Assembly (NCBI GenBank): GCA_965213625.1
Contig: CBDBZU010000004.1
Coordinates: 4,000,001 to 4,064,000, forward strand
Reading direction: 5' to 3'
Source: a bacterium
GTDB lineage: Bacteria; UBA8248
Length of the DNA: 64,000 bases
In this document: positions 20,695-36,763 of the stretch, in pieces
How positions within the stretch are numbered: position 1 is the stretch's first letter
Layout: each line of letters begins with the position of its first letter
Position numbers and translations under genes: made by a program
The notes under the pieces: model-generated
Database searches by the model: none
Seen by the model: only the letters and a program-made list of their open reading frames with translations
Told to the model about the DNA's origin: nothing

Positions 20695-20788
20695 AAACGG
20701 GCGTTGGCTGGCGCCGCAATCTCCTCTTGTAGTTCCTCGAATTATCCACGCGATGGGGCGGCGATTCGCCTCATCGTCAATTCCAAAT

Positions 20789-20863
20789 TGGTAGGCGCGG
20801 GCGGTTTTGAACCGCCGACCTCTTGCGTGTCAAGCAAGCGCTCTCCCCCTGAGCTACGCGCCT
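20789..20863 (-). tRNA. tRNA-Val(GAC)
   Basis: AGGCGCGTAGCTCAG...CTTGC-TTGACAC-GCAAG...GGTTCAAAACC...CGCGCCTACCA cloverleaf with encoded CCA. Confidence 0.97.
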
Positions 20864-20889
20864 TAGTCCGGTATATCCAATATAGTGAA

Positions 20890-20919
20890 ATGATAGGAAA
20901 GCGGCCCGCGCATTGTCAA
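20890..20919 (-). promoter_or_regulatory. Sigma70-type promoter for tRNA-Val/thrS operon
   Basis: TTGACA-18 nt-TATCAT on the minus strand. Confidence 0.65.
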
Positions 20920-21075
20920 CGCGCGATTTCCACTCGTCGTTGAAAAATAACTCCCCTCATGAAAAAAACCAACCCGCCGCCGTGGATCGGACTCTTCAAA
21001 AGCCGCGTGAGGCAGTCCCCGCGGCCCCAGGCTCACGAAACGCTCAACTGACGGAGAGATGATGCGGGAGATGAC

Positions 21076-22317
<1,242 letters not shown>

Positions 22318-22369
22318 CGATCATTCCCCCTCGGTGAAGAGCACTTCCAAAAACGAATCCCGCTTCCTG

Positions 22370-23020
22370 CTAGGAGCCGTTGTTCTCCTCATTCGTGCCG
22401 TCATCGCCGCCGACGTCCGGTATGCCGCCTATTGAATCCGAGCGCGCGATAATCACGTCGTCGAGCAAGCCGTAGTCCTTCGCTTGTTCGGCCGTCATAA
22501 AATTATCACGATCGGTGTCTTTTTCAATCTTCTTGATCGACTGACCGGAGTGTCTCGCGAGAATGTCGTTCAGTTCTTCGCGCATGCGGAGAATCTCGCG
22601 CGCCTGGATGTCGATGTCGCTCGCCTGTCCCTGAACGCCGCCCAGGGGCTGATGGATCAGGATGCGCGAGTTGGGCAGGGCGTAGCGCTTGCCCTTGGCG
22701 CCCGCCGTCAGCAGGAGCGCGCCCATGCTCGCCGCCTGGCCGATGCAGATGGTCGAAACGTCGGGCTTGATGTACTGCATCGTGTCGTAAATCGCTAGAC
22801 CCGCCGTGACGGCCCCGCCCGGGCTGTTCACGTACATGGCGATGTCGCGTTCGGGTTCCTCCGCCTCCAGGAAAAGCAGCTGGGCCGTCACGAGGTTCGC
22901 GATGGTGTCGTCTATCGCCGTGCCCAGAAAGATGATTCTCTCCTTGAGCAGGCGGCTGTAGATGTCATACGCCCGCTCGCCTCTGTTCGTCTGTTCCACC
23001 ACCATGGGTACGAGTGCCAC
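22370..23020 (-). CDS. clpP: Clp protease proteolytic subunit
   Basis: [36 protein letters not shown]. Confidence 0.99.
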   Translation of the reverse strand: MALVPMVVEQTNRGERAYDIYSRLLKERIIFLGTAIDDTIANLVTAQLLFLEAEEPERDIAMYVNSPGGAVTAGLAIYDTMQYIKPDVSTICIGQAASMGALLLTAGAKGKRYALPNSRILIHQPLGGVQGQASDIDIQAREILRMREELNDILARHSGQSIKKIEKDTDRDNFMTAEQAKDYGLLDDVIIARSDSIGGIPDVGGDDGTNEENNGS

Positions 23021-23023
23021 TTT

Positions 23024-24400
23024 TTATCCATCCTCTTTCGAATCGCCGGCTGGCGCTTGCTCCTCCCTCGCCTCCTCCTCGGAGTCGTGGGAATGCGCTT
23101 CATGGTCGGCGGCATCGTGAACGTCGAATTCCACGTCGGCCTGATCATAGAGCCAACTCACCGTCTTGTTGTAGTTGATGTTCGAGACGAGCGAAGACAT
23201 CGCCCCGGTCGTCATCATTCTCTCGCGAAGTTTCTCGGGCGTCATGCCGTAGCGCGCGGCCGAGACTCTGAGCTGCGCCTCGACCTCCTCGGCGCTCGCC
23301 TCGATCTCCTCGGCCTCCCGGATGCGCTCCACGAGGATGAGCCGGCGCACTTGCTCCTCGGCCTGGGGTCTCACCTCCTCGCGCAACTCCTCGATCCTGG
23401 CTTCGGAAAGCTGAACGTCGGGGTTCTCCTGGCGCATCCTGCGCTCGTATTCACGAATCTGCTCATCCGCCTCCCCCTTGACCAGCGTCGGAGGCACCTC
23501 GAATGGATGCGCTTCCAAGAGAGCGGCCAGAAGCTCGGAGATTCCGTGTCCGCGCGCATTGGAATCCTCCATGGATTCCATCTCTTTGACGACGTCCGCC
23601 CGCAAATCCTCCGTGCTCGTGTAGCCTCTCCCTAAGGATTTCACGAATTCCTCATCCAGCTCGGGCGGATGCGCTTCCTTGATCTCTTTCAGATGCAGGT
23701 GGAACCGCAAGCTCTTGCCCGCAATGTTGGGCGAGGCGCCCTCGGGAACGTCGACTTCGACATCCGCCTCCTCGCCTATCTTCATGCCGGTGAGCGCGTC
23801 GCTCAACTCCTTTTCGCTCTCATCGCCGCCGATCATGAGGGCCTGGTTCTCTCCCCGGGTGCCGGGCACGGAGGCATCGTCTTCGAAACCCTCGATGTCG
23901 AAGAGAACGTAATCTCCCGCCCGGGCTTCCCTGTCCACGTCCTCGAACGTGGCGGCCCGCTGCCGGAGGGCCTCAATTTGCTTGTCGACCATCTCGTCCG
24001 TCACCGTTTGGCGGTGGACCTTGACATTGAGCCCCTTGTACTCGCCGAGTTCGAAGGGGGGGATGACCTCCACCGTCGCCTTGTAAGTCAACTCGGGCGC
24101 GTCGTCGTCCATATTGATGTCGGTCACGTTCGGCTCGCCCACCGGACGCATGCCCCTGTCTTCCAGGAGGCTGCGGTAGGAAGTCGATATCACGTGGTTC
24201 AGCACCTCCGCCTGCACCTCCTCGCCGTAGTAGCGCTCGAGCACGCGGCGGGGGATTTTCCCCTTCCGGAAACCCTTCATCTTGACGCGCCCCGAGAGCC
24301 GCCTGTAGGCGCGCTCTATCTCGTCGGCGACCTCCGTGCGCGGAACGGCGACTTCGAGACGCTTCGTGCAGGCGTCGATGTCGCTCACTGTACCGGTCAT
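23024..24400 (-). CDS. tig: Trigger factor
   Basis: GFRKGKIP ribosome-binding motif; tig-clpP-clpX synteny. Confidence 0.96.
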   Translation of the reverse strand: MTGTVSDIDACTKRLEVAVPRTEVADEIERAYRRLSGRVKMKGFRKGKIPRRVLERYYGEEVQAEVLNHVISTSYRSLLEDRGMRPVGEPNVTDINMDDDAPELTYKATVEVIPPFELGEYKGLNVKVHRQTVTDEMVDKQIEALRQRAATFEDVDREARAGDYVLFDIEGFEDDASVPGTRGENQALMIGGDESEKELSDALTGMKIGEEADVEVDVPEGASPNIAGKSLRFHLHLKEIKEAHPPELDEEFVKSLGRGYTSTEDLRADVVKEMESMEDSNARGHGISELLAALLEAHPFEVPPTLVKGEADEQIREYERRMRQENPDVQLSEARIEELREEVRPQAEEQVRRLILVERIREAEEIEASAEEVEAQLRVSAARYGMTPEKLRERMMTTGAMSSLVSNINYNKTVSWLYDQADVEFDVHDAADHEAHSHDSEEEAREEQAPAGDSKEDG

Positions 24401-24460
24401 GCTTCACTCTCCAGAATCAAAACGAAATCAAAATCGAACATCATGAATAATCAAGGCATT

Positions 24461-24545
24461 TGGTGCGAAGGGGGGGACTCGAACCCCCACGCCCGAAGGC
24501 ACTGGAACCTAAATCCAGCGCGTCTACCAGTTCCGCCACCCTCGC
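24461..24545 (-). tRNA. tRNA-Leu(TAG)
   Basis: GCGAGGGTGGCGGAACTGGTAGACGCG CTGGA-TTTAGGT-TCCAG, long variable arm, GGTTCGAGTCC, ACCA. Confidence 0.97.
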
Positions 24546-24636
24546 ATCCCCTTGGCGAGCAAAGGCTTATACTCGAAAATCACTGCCGAATCCACCGCCC
24601 ACCGAGAGTCCCACGGGCCGGGATTCTGCGACTCTC

Positions 24637-24665
24637 AATCTAGTCGCACAGGGGCGGGCCGTCAA
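24637..24665 (-). promoter_or_regulatory. Sigma70-type promoter for tRNA-Leu/tig-clpPX
   Basis: TTGACG-17 nt-TAGATT on the minus strand. Confidence 0.6.
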
Positions 24666-24723
24666 CGGGGAAATCCCAACGCGGCCATCCGTCCGGGCGT
24701 GATGCGCGATGTGGAAAAGAAAG

Positions 24724-28497
<3,774 letters not shown>

Positions 28498-28633
28498 AAA
28501 CCACCTCGATTCAAACGCTTAAAGGTTCAATCCCGAACCAAAGGATGGTTATAAGAGATTTTCCGGCGCGAGCAAAGCGTGAGATTTTGATAGTGAGATT
28601 AGAAAGAGGTGAATAAACAGAAACGAACTACCC

Positions 28634-29437
28634 CTAATCGCGCACATCTTCCTCGATGAAGGCGTAGGCGTTGTGGTCGTGGATGGACTCGAAGTTCTCG
28701 ACCTCCACCTGGAACCAACGGATGCGCTTGTCGTTTCTGAGCAAAAGGGCCGCCTCGCGCACCACGTCCTCCACGAAGCGGGGGTTGTCGAAAGCCGTCT
28801 CGGTGACGAATTTTTCATCTTCGCGCTTTAAGATCGGATAGAGCGCGCAACTGCCCGCGCTCTCTGCAACCTCGACGAGTTCCTCTATCCAGAACTCGCC
28901 GTCGAAGCGCACCTTGATGCGCACGTGCCCCCGCTGGTTGTGCGCGCCGCGCAGGCTGATTTCCTTGGAACACGGACACAATGTGGCGATGCGCACCATG
29001 ATGCTCAGGACGAAGTCGTCCTCCGCACCCGCGGAAGCCTCGAAGCCGCATTCGAGCGCCATCAGGCCCTCCGCGCCCGTCACCGGGGCGGCCTTTTGCA
29101 TGAAGTAGGGAAAAGTGACAGAAAAATGCGCCGTCTGGGCGTCCAGGCGCTCGCGAATCGTCTGCAGGAGCGAGGGCACGCTGTCCACGCCGATGGCGTC
29201 GGTGTGCTCGTTCAGCACTTCCAGGAAGCGGCTCATGTGGGTGCCCTTGAAGTGGTGCGGCAAATCCACATACATGTTGACGTTGCCGATGGTGTGCTGG
29301 GCGTCCTTCGCCCGGTCCTTCACCACGATGGGGTAGCGGATGTTCTTGACACCCACCTTGTCTATCTTGACGTTGCGTTCATCGGAACTCGCCTGCACGT
29401 CGGCGAGGTCGGCCGGCTCCGTCGGGAGGCCTGACAT
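28634..29437 (-). CDS. folE2: GTP cyclohydrolase IB (FolE2)
   Basis: KGTHMSRF, TLCPCSKEIS, GAHNQRG, KREDEK, ESIHDHNA. Confidence 0.97.
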   Translation of the reverse strand: MSGLPTEPADLADVQASSDERNVKIDKVGVKNIRYPIVVKDRAKDAQHTIGNVNMYVDLPHHFKGTHMSRFLEVLNEHTDAIGVDSVPSLLQTIRERLDAQTAHFSVTFPYFMQKAAPVTGAEGLMALECGFEASAGAEDDFVLSIMVRIATLCPCSKEISLRGAHNQRGHVRIKVRFDGEFWIEELVEVAESAGSCALYPILKREDEKFVTETAFDNPRFVEDVVREAALLLRNDKRIRWFQVEVENFESIHDHNAYAFIEEDVRD

Positions 29438-29551
29438 CGAATCTCATCCTTTCCGCTCTGTTTCCAGAACATTGGTTCAGCGACTGTTCAACTTCTCAGT
29501 TTTACCGGCGCCGCCCCTAGCGCCGAACCATAAAGCTGCGGGGTCTCGCGG

Positions 29552-29887
29552 CTATTTCTCGGGCCGCTCTTTTCTGATGCGCTCGATTTTGGCCATTTTC
29601 TCGGAAACGGCCGCGCCCAAATCGATCCCCCGCGCGTTGGCGTAGTTCATCACGGCGATCATGACATCCGCCGCCTCGTCCGTATAGGCCGCAGGCTCCA
29701 CCTCGCGGCCCTTCCATTCCTTTTTCTCCAGGTTCGCGAGTTCACCCGTCTCGCCCGCAAGTTCGAGGGCAAAAAACCTGGGCTTACGAACCGGAAACGC
29801 CTCTTCCTGATAGCGCGCGAATTCGGCTTGCAGGGCGCGAAGCCCCTCGTAGGAACGCGGCAGCCTGGGTGCGTCCTCGCCATTCAC
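29552..29887 (-). CDS. MazG-like all-alpha NTP pyrophosphohydrolase
   Basis: LELAGETGELAN...DEAADV...NARGIDL...KM motif. Probable GTG start at 29887 (track start 29992). Confidence 0.8.
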   Translation of the reverse strand: MNGEDAPRLPRSYEGLRALQAEFARYQEEAFPVRKPRFFALELAGETGELANLEKKEWKGREVEPAAYTDEAADVMIAVMNYANARGIDLGAAVSEKMAKIERIRKERPEK

Positions 29888-30012
29888 CGGAATCGTCCCC
29901 CCAACGCAAGCCCAGGAGCCGGAAAACTCTCTCCGGCGCACCCGGTCGAGCACGCAGAGTCCAAGTTTCTCACTCAGAATCAAGGGCGTCAATCGACGAG
30001 CGCGAATCTCGA

Positions 30013-30041
30013 TTGACGCAGGATTCGCCAGATTCTACTCT
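30013..30041 (+). promoter_or_regulatory. Sigma70-type promoter for amidohydrolase/MetE-II genes
   Basis: TTGACG-17 nt-TACTCT. Confidence 0.55.
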
Positions 30042-30122
30042 CTCCCCAAAAGGCAACCATCATTTCTACAGCCAAGCGGGCGCGAAGACGCCCCGAAAGC
30101 ACTCAAACGGAGGGAAGTCCCC

Positions 30123-31118
30123 TTGCCCAACATCGATCTACATCACCATATCTACATCCCCGAGGCGGAAGCGCTCGCCGCCAAAGAGCGCGAAAGACGC
30201 CCCCAGCACGCCGACAGCTTCGAAGGGTTTTTCCCGCCCGTCTCCTCGCGCTACAACGCGAAGATGACGGAGGAGAGCTGGGCCGTGCAACTCGCCGACG
30301 CCGAGCGCAAGCTGAGCGACATGAAGGCGGACAGGCTCGACATGGCGCTGGCCTCACCGCCGCCGCCCACGTTTTATTACTGGATCGGCGGGCGAGCGGG
30401 CGAGGAGATCATCCAGATCCAAAACGACGGCGTGGTCGATTTCTGCAACCAGAACGCCGCGTACTTCCGGGGCCTTTGCAACCTGCCCATGCAGAATGGG
30501 GGCGAAGCCGCCGCGGCCGAACTCGAGCGCGCGATGGGCAAGGGCCTGCTCGGCTGCATCATCTCCGACCGCATCGGCGCCCATGCGCTGGACGAGCCCC
30601 AGTACGAGGAATTCTGGGCGGCGGCGGAGCGGCTCGGCGCCCTGGTGTTCATCCATCCCGATTTCGCGGACTACAAGCCGCTGTTCCCCTTCTACATGGC
30701 GAACTGCATCGGCAACCCGTTGTCCACCACTATCGCCATCACCAGGCTCATTCTCTCGGGCCACTTCGAGCGCTACCCGAACTTGCAACTCCTGCTCGCC
30801 CACGCGGGCGGAAACCTCCCCTGGTCGGTCGGGCGCATCCAGCACTGCTGGGAGGTGCGTCCGGAAACCAAGGTGCACACGCCGCATCCGCCCCGGCACT
30901 ATTTCAAGAACCTCTATTTCGACGTCATCACCTTCAACCCCTCGGCGCTGAAGTGGATGGTCGACGAGGTGGGGGCCGACCGCGTCGTGTGCGGCACGGA
31001 CTACCCCTACGACATGATGCAGCAGCGCGTCGTGGATTATGTGGAGGGAGCGGGCCTGACCGAAGAGGCGCAGGAGAAAATCCTGCGCGAGACGCCCGCC
31101 AAGCTCATGAAGCTCTAA
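30123..31118 (+). CDS. Amidohydrolase_2 family protein (ACMSD/LigW-like)
   Basis: IDLHHH, VFIHP, LAHAGG, GTDYPY. Confidence 0.9.
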   Translation: MPNIDLHHHIYIPEAEALAAKERERRPQHADSFEGFFPPVSSRYNAKMTEESWAVQLADAERKLSDMKADRLDMALASPPPPTFYYWIGGRAGEEIIQIQNDGVVDFCNQNAAYFRGLCNLPMQNGGEAAAAELERAMGKGLLGCIISDRIGAHALDEPQYEEFWAAAERLGALVFIHPDFADYKPLFPFYMANCIGNPLSTTIAITRLILSGHFERYPNLQLLLAHAGGNLPWSVGRIQHCWEVRPETKVHTPHPPRHYFKNLYFDVITFNPSALKWMVDEVGADRVVCGTDYPYDMMQQRVVDYVEGAGLTEEAQEKILRETPAKLMKL

Positions 31119-31204
31119 GACGCGCGCAGTGAGGAGGAGGTATTTAGGAACGGCTATCCGAGAAAGATGATTCGCCGAAACCATTTTCGAGCGGAGGAAT
31201 CGAC

Positions 31205-32377
31205 ATGTACATCGCCACGAGTGACCTCATACTTCCCACCACCATCACGGGCTCCCTGCCCCGGCCGGCCTGGTTCCGCCAGAACATCGGGCGCAGGACG
31301 TTCCGACAGGCGATGATCGACGCGGACTTCCGCGAGCAGTACCTCGACAACGTTTCCTGCGTGATCCGGGATCAGGAGCGCGCAGGGCTGGACATCGTGA
31401 CCGACGGGGATGCGCGCTTCGACACCAACGTGGGCGGGCGCGACTGGGTGGGCTACATCGTCGACAGGCTCAGTGGCTTCTCAGGCTATGAAACATCGAG
31501 GAGCCACACCACCTGGGGCGGGTCCGTGCCCGGCGAGATCATGTACGAGGTACTCGAGGCCAGGATGCTGCCCAAGGTCACCTCGAAAGTGGGCGAAGGC
31601 CCCCTCGAATACGCCCAGATGTGGCGATGCGCGCAGGCGATGACGGACAAGGCGCTCAAGTTCGGCTCCATTAGTGCGGATTGCGTGGAATCCATCGTCT
31701 CGAACGAGTTCTATGACGACAGGCGCGAGCTTTGCCTGGATTTGTGCGAAATCATGCACGCGGAATTCCACCGCCTGGCGGACGCGGGCTGCCAGGTATT
31801 CCAGGTGGAGGAACCTTGGGTGCACCGCTTCGATTTACACGCCGAGGATTCGGAGATGTCGATGGAGTTCTACGTCGATGCGTTCAACAGGAGCGTGGCG
31901 GGTCTCAGGGACAAGCTCGAGCTCTGGTGCCACACCTGCTGGGGGAACCCCGCCCAGCAGCGGTTCTATGAGGCGTCCAAGAGCTATGCACCCGCGCTGG
32001 AGTACATGAACGAACTGGACGTGGACGTACTCACCTTCGAGTGCGCGAGCACGGGCGGGATGGACTTAGGCGAAATCGGAAAACGCATCACGAAACCCAA
32101 GGTGGCCATCGGCGTCATCAACCACCGGGGACTCCAGGTGGAGCGGCCCGAAGAGGTGGCCGCCCTCATCCGCAAGGCGCTCGAGACGATTCCCGCCGAG
32201 CGGCTTTGCATCTCCACCGACTGCGGCTTCGGGCGCGAGGGCATGAGCCGCCGCCACGCGTTCTACAAGATGGTGGCCCTATCTCGCGGGACGAACATCG
32301 TCAAGAAAGAACTCGGCCTGCCGGAGACCTACATACCCGCGAGCGACGGCGCGTTCACGCTGAGTGATGAGGATTAG
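31205..32377 (+). CDS. Cobalamin-independent methionine synthase II family Zn enzyme
   Basis: TTITGSLPRP, GLDIVTDG, HTCWGN, STDCGFG zinc ligands; single-barrel size. Confidence 0.88.
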   Translation: MYIATSDLILPTTITGSLPRPAWFRQNIGRRTFRQAMIDADFREQYLDNVSCVIRDQERAGLDIVTDGDARFDTNVGGRDWVGYIVDRLSGFSGYETSRSHTTWGGSVPGEIMYEVLEARMLPKVTSKVGEGPLEYAQMWRCAQAMTDKALKFGSISADCVESIVSNEFYDDRRELCLDLCEIMHAEFHRLADAGCQVFQVEEPWVHRFDLHAEDSEMSMEFYVDAFNRSVAGLRDKLELWCHTCWGNPAQQRFYEASKSYAPALEYMNELDVDVLTFECASTGGMDLGEIGKRITKPKVAIGVINHRGLQVERPEEVAALIRKALETIPAERLCISTDCGFGREGMSRRHAFYKMVALSRGTNIVKKELGLPETYIPASDGAFTLSDED

Positions 32378-32392
32378 AGGGTCTCACCCTTC

Positions 32393-32575
32393 GGGGGTTG
32401 TTGAAAATCCCCTTGCTGTTGAGTTGGGATTCCACCTGTAGGGGCCGCATACATGCGGCCCTTCCAGTCCGGCATGCGGGACGCATGCATGTCGGACATA
32501 TATGTCCGACCTACACGAAAGCGGCAATGATCCCGGAATGACGGCGGTGGTTAATTCTGAGTGATTAGGGCTTTT

Positions 32576-32588
<13 letters not shown>
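32393..32588. mobile_element. Short non-autonomous TIR element (MITE-like) containing a GTAG REP doublet
   Basis: Ends GGGGGTTGTTGAAAA ... TTTTTCAACAATCCCCC. Internal GTAG-GGGCCGCATACATGCGGCCC ... GTCGGACATATATGTCCGAC-CTAC (32438-32514). Confidence 0.7.
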
Positions 32589-34408
<1,820 letters not shown>

Positions 34409-34580
34409 CGTCCCCTCCTTCGGGGAGGCAAGCGGCTGGTTCAACGGCGGGCGCCTCTTCAACAAAATGGGCGCCACGGCCCGAGCATACCAAATCCGCA
34501 GGCCCAGGTGAATTTCATCGGGCCATCAGGGAGGAAGGCTATCAAGTCAGGGGAGTTGGAGGGTCTTAAATGTAAGCGAA

Positions 34581-35129
34581 TCACCAGACGCCGCTGCTCG
34601 CTTCCAGCAAATGCGGATTCGCGGTCAAAATGGATAAGTCTGATTGCTTGAAATCGATGTCGTGCGTCACGAGCGTGAGGCCCTCTTTCCGGCACAACTG
34701 CGCGATCACCTGGTCGTTGAAATCGGAATGGCCGGCGCCATAGGCGTTCATCATCTCGTCGATCCGCAGCGATTCGAAACCGCTCGCCATCTGTTCGCAC
34801 TGGCTCGTCACCAGCCTGACGTCATGGGCGATTTCCGCGGCGAGCGACTCGAACTCCCCGCTCCTGCGGAAATACTTGAAATCCTTGATGTCGGGCCTGC
34901 GGCTACGCCACTCGCGCCTGGCGTAGGCGTTGATGAACTCCGAAACCACAAGCACGTCGATGTGGATGCGGCTCCTCGCCTCGTGGATGTCTCTCAGCGC
35001 CTGGGAGTAGACCTCCACCTGGCGAGTGGCCTTCGGCCGCTGTGGAATATAGATGTACCACCAGACGTTGGTGTCGAGGAACAACCGATCCTCGGGTGTG
35101 AACGTGTATTGCCGCACGTCACGCGTCAT
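34581..35129 (-). CDS. PIN domain ribonuclease
   Basis: FLDTNVW, VVSEFIN, DFND, LVTHDIDF acidic PIN residues; GAGGAGG RBS. Confidence 0.9.
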   Translation of the reverse strand: MTRDVRQYTFTPEDRLFLDTNVWWYIYIPQRPKATRQVEVYSQALRDIHEARSRIHIDVLVVSEFINAYARREWRSRRPDIKDFKYFRRSGEFESLAAEIAHDVRLVTSQCEQMASGFESLRIDEMMNAYGAGHSDFNDQVIAQLCRKEGLTLVTHDIDFKQSDLSILTANPHLLEASSGVW

Positions 35130-35257
35130 CGTCGCCCTCCTCATGCGTGTCGCGGCTCGCCCCCCCGAACCTGCTTGAGTCCTTACATGAATGCGCCACC
35201 ACGAATCGGCGGCCGGGAACAGGCGATCCTCATGGGTTTAATGTTTATTGCCGAACG

Positions 35258-35629
35258 TCATGCGTCTGCGTCGTCCTCCTCCAGGGCGTCGCGGCTCGCC
35301 AGCTCGAATCTCTCCGGGTCCTTGAAGTAGCGCTTGGCCGTTTCGACGACGCGCTTGAGCAGCGCTGCGTCCTCGGGCTCCATATCCACAACGCTCACCG
35401 AGGAGCGAATCCGCTCTTCCGAGAATTTTCCGTACAACTGGCCGATGGCCGTGTTCAGGAAAGCCGAGGTCAGCATGTCGACGTTGTGGAACGAGAGCGC
35501 CGCGCCGTGTTCTTCGCCGAGCACCGACGCCAAGCGTTCATATACCTTCTGGCCATCGCCGGAAGCGACGCAAAGAGGACTGCCCACCACTTCGAAGACG
35601 GATATGGCGATATCCTTGCGCATCATCAT
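35258..35629 (-). CDS. STAS-like domain protein (DUF4325-like)
   Basis: DGQKVYERL...LSFHNVDMLTSAFLNTAIGQLY. The true start is MMMRKDI, just after the HATPase stop. Confidence 0.85.
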   Translation of the reverse strand: MMMRKDIAISVFEVVGSPLCVASGDGQKVYERLASVLGEEHGAALSFHNVDMLTSAFLNTAIGQLYGKFSEERIRSSVSVVDMEPEDAALLKRVVETAKRYFKDPERFELASRDALEEDDADA

Positions 35630-35637
35630 CCCCTCTC

Positions 35638-36510
35638 TCAGAAAATATCGTCGGTGCTCACCTCGGCGGCGAGCTTGTATGCGCCCGCGTCCGAGGTGTC
35701 GACTTCCAGGCTCACCGCGGTGCCCGGAAACGGGTGGGCGAGCGCCGCGGTGGAGACGCAAGCTCCCTTCTTCTCCCAGTACCCGCCGTCGGACACGATG
35801 CGGATGCAGCCGCCGTTCGCCTCGATGAACTCGCATAGCAGCTTCAAGCCCAGCCCGCCCGGCACGCCTGCGCGCTTGGTGGTGTTGTGCTCCTCGGTCG
35901 CCCAGACGATCGCGTCCACCGAGCCCAGGCTGTGGCCCATGCGGTCCCTGATGTTGCGCCGCATGCCGACGCCCAAGTCGGTCACCATGAAGTCGAAGCG
36001 CTCGAGTTCCGGAAAGAATTGCCCGCAGCTGAATATGCCGAGCCGGGTGTCGGAATGCAGCACGGCGTTGCTGAATATCTCAAAGATGCTCTCGCGGAAT
36101 TTTTTCACCAGACGCGGCGGCATATCGGGTAGCCCGGGTCGATCGATGAGTTCGCGTTCGATGTAGCCCGAGAAATGGTGATCATCGCGCACGTCGAAGC
36201 GCCTGTATGAGACGGCCGCCCCCCAGGAGTCGGGCAGCTTCGCGCGCCCGTAATGGCTCAAGAACCCGTTTCTGGAGAGTGTTTCCGCCACCTCGCCGCC
36301 AACGCCCGTGAGACGCACCGTGTTCAGCTTGCGCCCCAACTCGTAGAGAATCGCGCCCAGGGCCGCGCACATATCGGCCTCGAAATACGCCGCTCCCTCC
36401 AGGTCGACCTCGACCTCTTCGAGATAGCAATCCTTCGTCTGCGCATGAAGGCTCGCCAGCGCGTCGAAACTCTGGTGATCGTGACGGATCTCCGGCAGGG
36501 AATATCTCAC
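35638..36510 (-). CDS. HATPase_c (GHKL) ATP-binding protein with N-terminal STAS-like region
   Basis: EIFSNAVLHS (N box), DLGVG (G1), TTK...GGLGL (G2), PFPGT; no HisKA domain recognised. Confidence 0.85.
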   Translation of the reverse strand: MRYSLPEIRHDHQSFDALASLHAQTKDCYLEEVEVDLEGAAYFEADMCAALGAILYELGRKLNTVRLTGVGGEVAETLSRNGFLSHYGRAKLPDSWGAAVSYRRFDVRDDHHFSGYIERELIDRPGLPDMPPRLVKKFRESIFEIFSNAVLHSDTRLGIFSCGQFFPELERFDFMVTDLGVGMRRNIRDRMGHSLGSVDAIVWATEEHNTTKRAGVPGGLGLKLLCEFIEANGGCIRIVSDGGYWEKKGACVSTAALAHPFPGTAVSLEVDTSDAGAYKLAAEVSTDDIF

Positions 36511-36763
36511 GTCTTGACCTCGTGTCGCGGTCGGAATCCGCCAACAAAAAGCGGCGAACGGCCCGGTTCCGCGTGTGTCGCATGGACTTTTTCGTCCGGT
36601 ATTTCTCTCAGGTGAAGGTAAAACAGGGGGCGTGTTTTGTCCACGGGGGATTGAATAGAGGGAATTATCTCAGATTAGAGGACACCTGGAGGGCCGCCAC
36701 CCCCTCGCGTGGCCGAAGCCATACGGGTATTGCGAAATGCTTCCATTATGAGATAGATGACCA

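Noticed and set aside
28498-28633. SAM or cobalamin riboswitch upstream of metH
   Set aside because: No recognisable consensus or adequate structure by eye; an Rfam scan would be needed.
35258-35836. 192-aa version of the STAS protein
   Set aside because: The N-terminal extension overlaps the HATPase in another frame; an RBS and ATG lie at 35629.
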